64,000 bases of DNA from Alphaproteobacteria bacterium (GCA_017617915.1 JAFZVH010000053.1:355-64354), one strand, 5' to 3'. Counted from the first letter of the stretch, positions 11,103 through 20,271 are shown. Notes: generated by a model not told the origin, from the sequence alone. Translations and numbers: made by a program.

Positions 11103-11543
11103 ATGTCATTTCGTGCAACCGTAGAATCCATGTCTAAAATTATGGATGATATGGGGATAACAGAGTTAGATTTAGAGCGTCAGTTTTTATTCGGCTTATA
11201 TCGCAAGCATATACATTTATCGAAACAATCTGGCGTTGTGATGCCGTCTTTTCCGACATCTGATTCAACAAAACAAACAAACAGTGAACCAACAAGTGCC
11301 GGCATTTCTGGCTATGCATTGAAATCACCAATGGTCGGTGTTGCGTATCTTGCACCGGAACCGGGCGCAAAACCGTTTACCAAGGTTGGTGCGCAAATCA
11401 AGGCGGGTGATACCGTTGTTTTAGTAGAGGCGATGAAAACCTTTAACCCGATTAAATCTGACAAAGACGGTGTGGTCAAAGAAATCTTGGTCACCGATGG
11501 TCAGGCGGTTGAATTTGACCAGCCTTTAATCATTATTGAATAA
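11103..11543 (+). CDS. accB: acetyl-CoA carboxylase biotin carboxyl carrier protein
   Basis: Biotinylation motif VEAMKTFN in a C-terminal lipoyl-like domain. Directly upstream of accC. Confidence 0.92.
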   Translation: MSFRATVESMSKIMDDMGITELDLERQFLFGLYRKHIHLSKQSGVVMPSFPTSDSTKQTNSEPTSAGISGYALKSPMVGVAYLAPEPGAKPFTKVGAQIKAGDTVVLVEAMKTFNPIKSDKDGVVKEILVTDGQAVEFDQPLIIIE

Positions 11544-11551
11544 AGATTATC

Positions 11552-12910
11552 ATGCCAAAAATTAAAAAAGTTTTAATTGCCAATCGTGGCGAAATCGCGT
11601 TGCGTATAATTCGTGCGTGTCGCGATATGGGTATTCGAACTGTTGCGGTCTATTCAACCGCAGACAAAAATGCAATGCATGTGCAACTGGCGGACGAGTC
11701 TGTATGTATTGGTCCGGCCGCTTCACGTGATTCTTATTTAAATGAATCTGCTATTTTAACGGCGGCGTTGTTGACCAATGCGGATGCAATTCACCCTGGG
11801 TATGGTTTTTTATCTGAACGTGCAGACTTTGTGCAAAAGGTTGAACAACATGGCCTTATATGGATTGGGCCGGATGCCGCGATGATAAACAAAATGGGCG
11901 ACAAAGTGAACGCCAAGCGGACTGCGATAGAATGCGGGCTGCCGGTTGTTCCGGGCTCTGACGGTGCGGTTGATACATTGGAAGATGCGCTTAAATGGGG
12001 CGAAAAAATTGGATACCCCGTTATGTTAAAGGCGGCGGCTGGTGGTGGTGGTCGTGGTATGCGGCCGGTAATGAATGCTGATGAAATGGCCGAGGCTTTT
12101 GAAATCACCAAGAACGAGGCGCGCAGTGGTTTTGGCGATGATACATTGTATATGGAAAAACTGCTGTTGCATCCGCGTCATATTGAATTTCAGGTCTTGG
12201 GCGACAAGCATGGCAATGTTGTGATTTTTGGTGAACGCGATTGTTCATTGCAACGCAAGAACCAAAAGGTTATGGAAGAATGTCCTGCGGCGGCGCTGAC
12301 CCAGAAACAACGCGACGATATGATTGAAATCTGCAAAACAGCCGCGAAAAAGATGGGCTATACAAATGCCGGTACTTTTGAGTTTATGTACGAAAACGGT
12401 AAATTCTATTTCTTGGAAATGAATACGCGTCTTCAGGTTGAACACCCTGTGACCGAAATGGTATATGGTGTCGATTTGGTTCGTGAACAGATTCGCATTG
12501 CGGCGGGCGAAAAGTTGGGCTATACACAGGCAAATGTTATTCCGCATGGCCACGCGATTGAATTCAGAATCAACGCAGAAGACCCCGAAACATTTGTGCC
12601 CTGCCCTGGAAAAATCACATTGTATGCGCCATCTGGTGGTTTAGGCGTTCGCGTGGACAGTGCGGCCTATACTGGATACACAATTCCACCAACGTATGAT
12701 TCTATGATTGCAAAACTGATTGTGCATGCGCATTCGCGTTCTGCCTGTATAATGCGTGCAGATCGCGCTTTGGACGAATTTGTTATCGAAGGCGTAAAAA
12801 CGACAATCCCATTGCAAAAGAAATTATTGGGCAACCATGATGTCAGAACATTGGAGTTTGATAACCATTGGTTGGAAGGGTATTTGAGTAAAGAAAATAA
12901 AAAGAAATAA
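11552..12910 (+). CDS. accC: acetyl-CoA carboxylase biotin carboxylase subunit
   Basis: KVLIANRGEIALRIIRAC, ATP-grasp motif GGGGRGMR, EMNTRLQVEHPVTE. 452 aa. Confidence 0.95.
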   Translation: MPKIKKVLIANRGEIALRIIRACRDMGIRTVAVYSTADKNAMHVQLADESVCIGPAASRDSYLNESAILTAALLTNADAIHPGYGFLSERADFVQKVEQHGLIWIGPDAAMINKMGDKVNAKRTAIECGLPVVPGSDGAVDTLEDALKWGEKIGYPVMLKAAAGGGGRGMRPVMNADEMAEAFEITKNEARSGFGDDTLYMEKLLLHPRHIEFQVLGDKHGNVVIFGERDCSLQRKNQKVMEECPAAALTQKQRDDMIEICKTAAKKMGYTNAGTFEFMYENGKFYFLEMNTRLQVEHPVTEMVYGVDLVREQIRIAAGEKLGYTQANVIPHGHAIEFRINAEDPETFVPCPGKITLYAPSGGLGVRVDSAAYTGYTIPPTYDSMIAKLIVHAHSRSACIMRADRALDEFVIEGVKTTIPLQKKLLGNHDVRTLEFDNHWLEGYLSKENKKK

Positions 12911-12914
12911 AAAA

Positions 12915-12938
12915 TACCGGCAAACGCCGGTATTTTTT
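12915..12938. terminator. bidirectional intrinsic terminator
   Basis: TACCGGC-aaac-GCCGGTA flanked by an A-run and TTTTTT. Sits between accC and a convergent small ORF. Confidence 0.75.
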
Positions 12939-12946
12939 AAACAGAA

Positions 12947-13153
12947 TCATCCTTTACAGCGACTATTTCTGTTTGATATATTTTTTGGAAAATAATAAAT
13001 CGTTTTCGGCAGGGGCAAAAAACCAAACAACCAATATTTTGTTTCAATAAATGATTCAGTTTCTGTGATATTAAAGACAACCAGTGGTATAAACCAAAAC
13101 AACCAGACAACCCCGCGTTTTCTAATGGGGTTTGTGTTTTGTAATTTTCTCAT
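12947..13153 (-). CDS. small hypothetical membrane protein (68 aa)
   Basis: SD-like AAGGAT 5 nt upstream of the ATG and one hydrophobic helix (VVWLFWFIPLVVF). No recognisable family. Confidence 0.35.
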   Translation of the reverse strand: MRKLQNTNPIRKRGVVWLFWFIPLVVFNITETESFIETKYWLFGFLPLPKTIYYFPKNISNRNSRCKG

Positions 13154-13178
13154 TTTTTATCCTTTGTTTATGAACATA

Positions 13179-13430
13179 AAAAAACACCGCCAAAATATGA
13201 CGGTCGGGGTGTTCATAAATCAACAAACACAGTGACTCTGATGGTATTCATGTATACACCACCAGCACCCCGACAGAAATCGGGGAATAAATTTTTACGG
13301 TGCAAAAACATGAAAATCTAAACGATAGATTACGATGCTATGCACCGGTGTTTGTTGGGTTTATGACAACCCAGAACCGAAATCTCATTTGGTTCACTGG
13401 TAATTTTATCAGAAATACTATTTCTTGCAA
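13179..13430 (-). promoter_or_regulatory. candidate promoter plus structured leader/sRNA ending in an intrinsic terminator
   Basis: Minus strand: TTGCAA (13430-13425), a 16-nt spacer, TAAAAT (13408-13403). Several hairpins follow, for example CUGGUGGU/ACCAUCAG and CCCCGA/UCGGGG. A terminator-like stem CACC-CCGA.../GGCGGUG plus U7 lies just before the SD of the 68-aa ORF. Confidence 0.35.
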
Positions 13431-13458
13431 GGTTTTTATACATAGAAATATCTATGCG

Positions 13459-15099
13459 CTATTTTATGCTGCGCAAAACAACCATTATTCCGGCAGGGGT
13501 CATCCCAGGGATACGATTCAAATCTGCAATAGTTTCTGGGCGCGCGCGTTTTAGTTTTTCACGCAATTCGTTTGTAAGCCCAGACAGCGAGTCGTAGTCA
13601 AAATCTGTCGGAATTTTTATATCTTTATCGCGACGATAAGATTCTATTTCCCGATTGTTTCGCATAATATATCCGGCATAAAATTTATCATTTTCGGAAA
13701 TTTTTCCGGCTTTTTCTTGCATTTTATGCAAAAAAGCCGGCAATTCTATCAAACCTAAATCAACGCCCATTTGCCCAAGGCGTGCAATCGCATTATCGGC
13801 CCGCAGATTCAATCTGTATTCTGCACGCGATGTAAACATACGATACGGTTCATCCACGCCAAGGGTTGTTATGTCGTCAATCATTACGCCAATCATTGAA
13901 TTAGTCCTGTCCAAATTCAATGTTGGCAAATTTAATGCGAATGCCGCGGCATTCGCGCCCGCAACCAAACCTTGGGCGGCGGCTTCCTCGTACCCCGATG
14001 TCCCGTTGATTTGCCCCGCAAAAAAGAGACCATGATTATCACGCGACATTAAACAAGAATTCAATGCGCGCGCGTCAATCGCATCGTATTCTATCGCATA
14101 GCCATATCGTGCAATACGCGCATTTTCTAACCCTGGAATAGTCCGAATCCATTTGTCTTGAATGTCGCGGCCAAAACTGGTTGAAATGCCATTTGGATAG
14201 ATTAAATCACTGTTCAAGCCTTCGGGTTCAAGAAACACATGGTGCGAAGTATGCTCGGGGAACCGCATTACTTTATCTTCCAATGACGGACAATAGCGCG
14301 GCCCAATTCCACGAATATCACCATTGTACATCGGCGCATTTGCTATGTTTTCACGAATAATAGTGTGTGTTTCTTCGGTTGTATGCGTGATATAGCAAAC
14401 CGCAGTATTATTGTTTTCATTGCAGCCATCGGAAAACCAATCATGCGGGGTATCAGGTAATTGTTCTTCGCATACCGAAAAATTTATTGAATCACGATAG
14501 ATTCGTGCAGGCGTTCCGGTTTTAAGGCGCATAATATCAAAACCAAAATCACGCAATACGCCGGAAATCGCCGTATCGGGCGATTGGTACTCACCATCAT
14601 CCATTATTCGCCCCGATGGAATTTTTTCATTTCCCATCGTAACCAAGCCATGCAAAAAAGTACCTGTTGTAAAGACCAGTGCTTTTCCGCTGTATACGCC
14701 ATTTATGAGTTTATTTTTTAAATCAACGCTTTCAATTTTTTCATACACAATGGTCAGATTTTTGTGTTCTGACAAAATTTGTTTTACCGCATTATGATAA
14801 AGTGCGCGGTCAATTTGTGCACGCAAAGCCTGCGTTGCCGGTCCATGCGACGCGTTCAGTGTTCTGAAATGAATTCCCGCCGCATCGGCCGCACGTGGCA
14901 TTGCACCACCCAAAGCATCCATTTCCGCAACCATTTGCGATTTACCTGGGCCACCAATAGACGGATTACACGACATTGCACCCAAGTCAGATTCACGCAT
15001 TGTAATCAGCAATGTACGCGCGCCGCGCCGCGCGGATGCGGCCGCGGCTTCGACACCGGCGTGTCCACCACCAATAACAATGACATCAAAATCTTTCAT
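13459..15099 (-). CDS. mnmG: tRNA uridine 5-carboxymethylaminomethyl modification enzyme MnmG/GidA (short form)
   Basis: FDVIVIGGGHAGVEAA FAD motif, MSCNPSIGG, GPRYCPSLEDK, GQINGTSGYEEAAAQG. At 546 aa it is shorter than the roughly 620-630 aa I recall for E. coli; the missing part appears to be in the C-terminal helical domain. Confidence 0.92.
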   Translation of the reverse strand: MKDFDVIVIGGGHAGVEAAAASARRGARTLLITMRESDLGAMSCNPSIGGPGKSQMVAEMDALGGAMPRAADAAGIHFRTLNASHGPATQALRAQIDRALYHNAVKQILSEHKNLTIVYEKIESVDLKNKLINGVYSGKALVFTTGTFLHGLVTMGNEKIPSGRIMDDGEYQSPDTAISGVLRDFGFDIMRLKTGTPARIYRDSINFSVCEEQLPDTPHDWFSDGCNENNNTAVCYITHTTEETHTIIRENIANAPMYNGDIRGIGPRYCPSLEDKVMRFPEHTSHHVFLEPEGLNSDLIYPNGISTSFGRDIQDKWIRTIPGLENARIARYGYAIEYDAIDARALNSCLMSRDNHGLFFAGQINGTSGYEEAAAQGLVAGANAAAFALNLPTLNLDRTNSMIGVMIDDITTLGVDEPYRMFTSRAEYRLNLRADNAIARLGQMGVDLGLIELPAFLHKMQEKAGKISENDKFYAGYIMRNNREIESYRRDKDIKIPTDFDYDSLSGLTNELREKLKRARPETIADLNRIPGMTPAGIMVVLRSIK

Positions 15100-15827
15100 T
15101 AAAAACGTCCAAGTCCACCGTTTATATGTAATGTTTGACCGTTGATATAAGATGCTTCGTCAGACGCCAAGAACACACATGCATTCGCTATATCTTCGGG
15201 TTCACCAAAGCGACCCGCAGGAATTTGTGCAAGATAAGTTTTCTTTAATTCATCTGGCAATACATCGGTCATTGGTGTTTTGATAAAGCCTGGTGCAATT
15301 GCATTTGCGGTAATTCCGCGTGATGCGACTTCGGCGGCAATAGACTTTGTCATACCAATCATACCGCCCTTACTGGCCGCATAATTCGCCTGACCTGCAC
15401 CACCTATAACCCCAATAATTGACGCCATATTTATAATGCGACCGAACCGTTGTTTCATCATAGGCATAATTGCCGCGCGACACATTTTGAAACAAGAACG
15501 CAAGTTTGTGTTTATAACATTATCAAATTGTTCGTCTGTCATACGCATCAAAAGTGTATCGGCTGTAATGCCTGCGTTATTTATCAACACATCTATGCGG
15601 CCGCATTTGTCCAGTGCCGCCGCAACTAAATCCACCGCACCATTTTCAGATGCTAAATCACATGGAATTTTGACATAGTTATCATCAAAATCTGCGTTCA
15701 GTTTTTCCATATTTCGACCAGAAACAATCACGCGTGCGCCTGCATCCCGCATTTTGCGCGCGATTGCGCCACCAATTCCGCCTGTTGCGCCCGTTATTAA
15801 AACAACTTTATCTTTTAATTCAAACAT
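15099..15827 (-). CDS. fabG: 3-oxoacyl-ACP reductase
   Basis: SDR motifs TGATGGIG and YAASKGG. Directly downstream of fabD. Its stop overlaps the mnmG start (TAATG). Confidence 0.9.
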   Translation of the reverse strand: MFELKDKVVLITGATGGIGGAIARKMRDAGARVIVSGRNMEKLNADFDDNYVKIPCDLASENGAVDLVAAALDKCGRIDVLINNAGITADTLLMRMTDEQFDNVINTNLRSCFKMCRAAIMPMMKQRFGRIINMASIIGVIGGAGQANYAASKGGMIGMTKSIAAEVASRGITANAIAPGFIKTPMTDVLPDELKKTYLAQIPAGRFGEPEDIANACVFLASDEASYINGQTLHINGGLGRF

Positions 15828-15829
15828 AA

Positions 15830-16714
15830 TTATACCTCCAATTTTTTACCTTCCATATCCGCACAAATGCGTTTTGTTAAACCCGTTAAAACTGCGCCTG
15901 GGCCAACTTCTATTGTTTCGGTTATACCCAAATCATGCATAGCCAAAACGCTTTCACGCCAGCGCACACCATGTGTTATTTGATACACCAAGCACCCGCG
16001 AATTTCATCAGGGTCACTAATCGGTGTGCAAGTCTTATTGGAAATCAACGCTGCCATCGGTGTTTTTATTTCTGTATTTTCAAGCGCCGCACGCATTTCT
16101 TCGGCGGCCGGTGCCTGAATTCTGCAATGAACCGGCACAGATAATGCAAGTGGCATTGCGCGTTTTGCACCCGCATTTTTTGCATCTTCTAATGTTTTTT
16201 CAACAATATCGCGTGCCCCAGAAATCACAACCTGACCTGGGCAATTATCATTCGCCAAATCACAATCATTTTTTGCGTAAATATCACGCACAGTATCTAT
16301 ATCCAATCCCAAAATAACGGCGGTAAGGCCTGCACCAACGGGAACCGCGCGCTGCATCGCATCCCCGCGCAAACGCAGCAACCGCGCCGTATCTGCAACC
16401 GATAACGCGCCCGCCGCACACAGCGCCGTATATTCACCCAGTGAATGTCCTGCAACATATTCGGTAAGGGCCGCGCCAGATGCACGCAACATTGCGATTG
16501 AGGTTGCCATAATCGCAGGCTGAACATTTGTTGTCAGTGTTAAATCTTCCATTGGCCCATTAAAAATAATGTCCGAAAGTTTCTGATTTAACGCATCATC
16601 AACTTCATCAAAAACCGCGCGCGCGGCGGCATTAGTTTCATACAATTCACGTCCCATTCCAACAGTTTGCGAACCTTGACCTGGGAATACAAGTATAGAT
16701 GACATAACTGTCAC
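15830..16714 (-). CDS. fabD: malonyl-CoA-ACP transacylase
   Basis: FPGQGSQ and active-site GHSLGEY motifs. SD AAAGGAG upstream. Confidence 0.92.
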   Translation of the reverse strand: MTVMSSILVFPGQGSQTVGMGRELYETNAAARAVFDEVDDALNQKLSDIIFNGPMEDLTLTTNVQPAIMATSIAMLRASGAALTEYVAGHSLGEYTALCAAGALSVADTARLLRLRGDAMQRAVPVGAGLTAVILGLDIDTVRDIYAKNDCDLANDNCPGQVVISGARDIVEKTLEDAKNAGAKRAMPLALSVPVHCRIQAPAAEEMRAALENTEIKTPMAALISNKTCTPISDPDEIRGCLVYQITHGVRWRESVLAMHDLGITETIEVGPGAVLTGLTKRICADMEGKKLEV

Positions 16715-16753
16715 TCCTTTTTGTTAAATTATAGCAAGGAAATTCATCTATGC

Positions 16754-16782
16754 AAGTGGAAGTGGGTAGTGTTGGTGGTCAG
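16754..16782. repeat. TAGTG-rich repeat (left-arm type copy)
   Basis: AAGTGGAAGTGGGTAGTGTTGGTGGTCAG resembles the arms at 9183, 28423, 50325 and 60232. Confidence 0.5.
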
Positions 16783-16812
16783 TTTTTTAATATTTGCTTT
16801 TTTTTACAATAG

Positions 16813-16985
16813 TGGTACAATCTCTATGTTGATGGGTGTTCCATCAATGAGTTTCAGAAAGCTCGTGCAGCCGCAAAGATTGCGTTAAATCTCCAGCCGT
16901 GGGTTGGAGTGTGTGAATATATCGAATAAACACAACAATGCTGCATTGTTTTCTGAACTCCAACCAGTTTTTTACTGGTTTTTTT
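16813..16985 (+). promoter_or_regulatory. candidate extended -10 promoter plus attenuator-like leader ending in an intrinsic terminator
   Basis: TGgTACAAT (16813-16821). GGGTTGGAG (16901-16909) can pair with CTCCAGCC (16891-16898) or with CTCCAACC (16958-16965). The latter overlaps the terminator stem AACCAGT-ttttt-ACTGGTT plus T5 (16962-16985). Confidence 0.35.
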
Positions 16986-17010
16986 AATTCAATATCCAAA
17001 GGAGAAAACA

Positions 17011-17166
17011 ATGGTAAAAACCCTCGCAAAGCCAGATTCTAACAAAGAAGAACTGATTATGGCAGTTTTAGATTTTTATCGTAAACATCCCAAATACAGG
17101 ATGACACAAGGTGAATTTGTTAGTTTGATTTGTGCAATAAGTCAACAAATGTTAAGCGATATCTAA
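17011..17166 (+). CDS. small hypothetical protein (51 aa, not on the ORF track)
   Basis: Strong SD AAAGGAGAAAACA-ATG. Translation: MVKTLAKPDSNKEELIMAVLDFYRKHPKYRMTQGEFVSLICAISQQMLSDI. Confidence 0.4.
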   Translation: MVKTLAKPDSNKEELIMAVLDFYRKHPKYRMTQGEFVSLICAISQQMLSDI

Positions 17167-17168
17167 CG

Positions 17169-17636
17169 CTAACCATTTCTTTTTTTTCTAAACTCGTCCA
17201 GTGAAACCACGCGGCCTTCGTCTGGGATAGTATCGCCATTGCCGTCCAGTGGCAGTTCTATATCATTATCGGGTGCGGCAACCGATGCGCGTTGTTGAAA
17301 AGACAGCATAAAATCCACAGATGGGTCTTTGAATTCAACCAATGCCGAAAAGGGGACACGAATAAAGAACGGCCGACCATCAAAGGTCAGTTGCACACCG
17401 AATTCTTTTTCAGATACATGCAGGTTGTTATAAGAATACTGCAACACAATCGTCATCAAATCAGGATATCTTATGCGTAAAAAATCTGGCAAAACTACGC
17501 CTGCATCATGCGTGCGGAAAGTTATAAAAAAGTGCATTCCATCACCAAGACCGTTGATTTGTGCGTGAATTAGCGCTTCGCGTACTACTGATTTCAGGGC
17601 GTTGTCTAATAATGCTTGATAATCTATTTTTGCCAT
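17169..17636 (-). CDS. sspB: ClpXP adaptor SspB (alphaproteobacterial type)
   Basis: HFFITFRTHDAGVVLPDFLRIRYPDLMTIVLQYSY...FIRVPFSALVEFKDPSVDF matches my recollection of Caulobacter SspB-alpha. Has an acidic tail ending in a basic C-terminus. Confidence 0.75.
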   Translation of the reverse strand: MAKIDYQALLDNALKSVVREALIHAQINGLGDGMHFFITFRTHDAGVVLPDFLRIRYPDLMTIVLQYSYNNLHVSEKEFGVQLTFDGRPFFIRVPFSALVEFKDPSVDFMLSFQQRASVAAPDNDIELPLDGNGDTIPDEGRVVSLDEFRKKRNG

Positions 17637-17647
17637 TTCTTCCTTCT

Positions 17648-18721
17648 TTATGGGTTGATTATATTACTTACATTACCATTTTCGCAAGCAACAAATGTTG
17701 CATTTGGAACATCGGCAAAAGTTGTTGCTTCTAATCCTGTGACCCAAACTTGTGCGTGCGCATTGCCAAGTTCATCAAACAGTTTTTTGCGCGCCGCCGC
17801 GTCCAAATGCGCAACAACTTCGTCCAACAGTACGGTTGGTTCTGCGCCTGTTTTTGTATGTACCAATTTTGCATGTGCCAAAATCAGATTTAGCAAAGTA
17901 GTTTTTTGTTGACCTGTACTGGTCAAATGCGCAGGTAAATTTAATTGTCGGTTGAATACCCCAAAGTCAGATTTATTTACACCATCAACAACCATTTTAT
18001 CGTTTACCAGTTGCCGATTTTCTTTCAGATGGGCAAGATATGCGCGTTCTGCTTCGGCGGCATTTGTTTTCATTATCATAGATTCCAACATACCATCAAC
18101 AGAAATCGCCGCGTCATGCAAAAAATAGTTTATTTCGCCGGCATATTGAAGTCTTGCCGCCGCAACCGCGGTTGCGATGGCGGCGATTTGTTCATCAATC
18201 GCATTCAACCAGTGTGCATCTGCGCCATTTTTTAACGCCCCTGCCCTTTCGGTCATAAGTTTTGCATGGCGCGCGACGCGTCCAAAGTGCGCGGAATCGA
18301 AACCTGCGGCAAGTCTGTCAAAAAAAGTTCTGCGTTCAGATGCGCTGTCCACAAATATTCTGTCTTCACGTGGGGTAATCCAAACTATGCGTAAATGCGC
18401 CGCTAAATCGGCCAGTGGGGCAGATTCACCGTCAATTTTTGCGCGCCGATTTGTGTCGCCAGAATTAAAATATATGCAGAGTTCTGTATCATCGGCAAGG
18501 TTTGCAAATACAGAAAATCCGCCTGACCCATCAAAACGCGTAATATCTGACATAGGGCCCCCGCGCATTCCACGATCGCCCGCCAGCATGGATACAGCCT
18601 CCAATATTGCGGTTTTGCCCGCTCCGTTTGGACCAGTAATGACAATATTCCGCCCATTGCCAACATTTATACGGCAAGTTTTATGATTTCGAAAATCAGT
18701 AAGTACTAGGTCTTGTATCAT
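17648..18721 (-). CDS. recF: DNA replication and repair protein RecF
   Basis: MIQDLVLTDFRNH..., Walker A GPNGAGKT, and LLDEVVAHLD (Walker B). The ORF-track start at 18847 reads through tRNA-Cys and is rejected. Confidence 0.9.
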   Translation of the reverse strand: MIQDLVLTDFRNHKTCRINVGNGRNIVITGPNGAGKTAILEAVSMLAGDRGMRGGPMSDITRFDGSGGFSVFANLADDTELCIYFNSGDTNRRAKIDGESAPLADLAAHLRIVWITPREDRIFVDSASERRTFFDRLAAGFDSAHFGRVARHAKLMTERAGALKNGADAHWLNAIDEQIAAIATAVAAARLQYAGEINYFLHDAAISVDGMLESMIMKTNAAEAERAYLAHLKENRQLVNDKMVVDGVNKSDFGVFNRQLNLPAHLTSTGQQKTTLLNLILAHAKLVHTKTGAEPTVLLDEVVAHLDAAARKKLFDELGNAHAQVWVTGLEATTFADVPNATFVACENGNVSNIINP

Positions 18722-18787
18722 AAGTCCTAGGTTAAAATTTTTGGTGTTTTTTTGCAAGAAAAAACCGCGCAAACCGCGGATTACAGT

Positions 18788-18861
18788 TGGAGGCCTGGGT
18801 CGGAATCGAACCGGCATACAAGGATTTGCAGTCCTCTGCATAACCACTCTGCCACCAGGCC
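18788..18861 (-). tRNA. tRNA-Cys (anticodon GCA)
   Basis: The reverse complement folds as acceptor GGCCTGG/CCAGGCC, anticodon stem GAGGA/TCCTT with loop CTGCAAA, T loop TTCGATT, discriminator U, and encoded CCA. One C-A mismatch in the T stem. Confidence 0.85.
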
Positions 18862-18948
18862 ACCTAGCAGTAGGCAGATTCTATACAAAAAAAAATTGAA
18901 TTTCAACATAAAAAAATATATAATTCAGTCCAAGAGAGTGACGAGAGA

Positions 18949-20271
18949 ATGAAAATCAGCAGATTATCGATTTTGTGCGTATTTTTGCCGACCTTGGCGT
19001 TTGGTGCGGACGAAAATTGTGCAACATTGAAAACGGTTCCAACCGGTGTTTTGGACTTGGAAACGGTGATTGAATTGGGACTATGTCGTAACCCAGAAAC
19101 AGCGTCCTCTTATTATTCTTATGAATCTGCGCGATTTAATAAAAACGCTGGGTATGCCAGTTATTTACCATCACTGGACGCATCAGCAAATATGAACAAA
19201 AGTTATCAAAATCATGATTGGCATGATTGGAAGTATGGTGCATCACTGTCTGCATCTTATTTGATATTCGATTTTGGACGGCGCTTGGCGGATGTGAACA
19301 GGTTAAATTCTGTATGGCGCGCCACAGGTTTTGAATATGACGATCGTGTACAAAACTATGTCTATGGCGTTATTGGTGCGTATTATTCTTTGCTAAACGC
19401 GGACGCGGATGTGGAAAGTGCGCGTTCATTGCGCGCGGTTGCAAAAACAGCGTTAGATACTGCAAATAAAAAGTTTAAGGCCGGTGTTGTGGCCAAGGCC
19501 GATGTGTTAAAGGCCGAAACAACAATGGCAAGTCGTGATTTAGATTTGGAACGTGCGAAAAACAATCGTGAAATTGCCAAGGGAACATTGCTTAAAAAAC
19601 TTTCTTTCCCTGCAAATCAAGAAATTACTATTGCGGATATGCCGGCGGAGTTTGGGTCGGTTTCTGAAAACGCAACAATAGACGAACTGATAGAAATTGC
19701 GCGTGAAAAGCGGCCAGATTTGCTGCGTGCGTCTGCAAACCAAGATGCCGCATGGCATCGGCGCAGTGCGGCATTTTTAAAGAACTTACCTTCAATAAGT
19801 GCAACAGGGTCTTTATCGTGGAGTGATAATAATGATCAATATACTGGTAATTCACATACCAGTGGCACAATTGGAATTCGTGCATCTATGCCGATATTTG
19901 CGGGTTTTGCGAATATGTACGGTTTGCGTTCGGCCGATGCAGAATATCAGGCGGCCAAAGAAAATTTGCGCAATACGCGGGACACCGCGATGTTGGATGT
20001 GTTCACTGCATATCAAAATTATAAAACCGCCCAGACTGTATTGGGGCAAACAGAAACATTGTTAAAATCTGCAACTGAAAGTGAAAAAGTAACTGCGGGT
20101 ATGTACAAGGTTGGTCGCGCGACAATGCTTGATTGGCAAACGGCGCAGTCTGAATTAGTATCGGCCCAGCGTCAAAATAATGCGGCCAAATATGATTTGT
20201 TCACTAAACGCGCGGCGGTTGCGCTGGCGATTGGTGATATAAAGTCTGAAATAGAAAAGGATAAAAAATGA
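18949..20271 (+). CDS. TolC-family outer membrane efflux protein
   Basis: Signal peptide MKISRLSILCVFLPTLAFG, two repeated coiled/beta halves, 440 aa. First gene of the efflux operon. Confidence 0.85.
   Translation: MKISRLSILCVFLPTLAFGADENCATLKTVPTGVLDLETVIELGLCRNPETASSYYSYESARFNKNAGYASYLPSLDASANMNKSYQNHDWHDWKYGASLSASYLIFDFGRRLADVNRLNSVWRATGFEYDDRVQNYVYGVIGAYYSLLNADADVESARSLRAVAKTALDTANKKFKAGVVAKADVLKAETTMASRDLDLERAKNNREIAKGTLLKKLSFPANQEITIADMPAEFGSVSENATIDELIEIAREKRPDLLRASANQDAAWHRRSAAFLKNLPSISATGSLSWSDNNDQYTGNSHTSGTIGIRASMPIFAGFANMYGLRSADAEYQAAKENLRNTRDTAMLDVFTAYQNYKTAQTVLGQTETLLKSATESEKVTAGMYKVGRATMLDWQTAQSELVSAQRQNNAAKYDLFTKRAAVALAIGDIKSEIEKDKK

Noticed and set aside
13300-13554. 84-aa plus-strand ORF.
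   Set aside because: It overlaps the 3' end of mnmG in antisense and the minus-strand promoter region. It has no SD and an implausible sequence.
16844-17029. 61-aa minus-strand ORF.
   Set aside because: It runs antisense through the leader hairpins, the terminator, and the SD and start of the better-supported plus-strand small ORF. It has no SD of its own.
18177-18686. 169-aa plus-strand ORF.
   Set aside because: It is antisense to recF. Its Ala/Ser/Pro-rich composition is typical of reverse-frame translation.
18722-18847. N-terminal extension of the recF ORF as given on the track (start 18847).
   Set aside because: The extension reads straight through tRNA-Cys (18788-18861). The conserved RecF N-terminus MIQDLVLTDFRNH begins at 18721.
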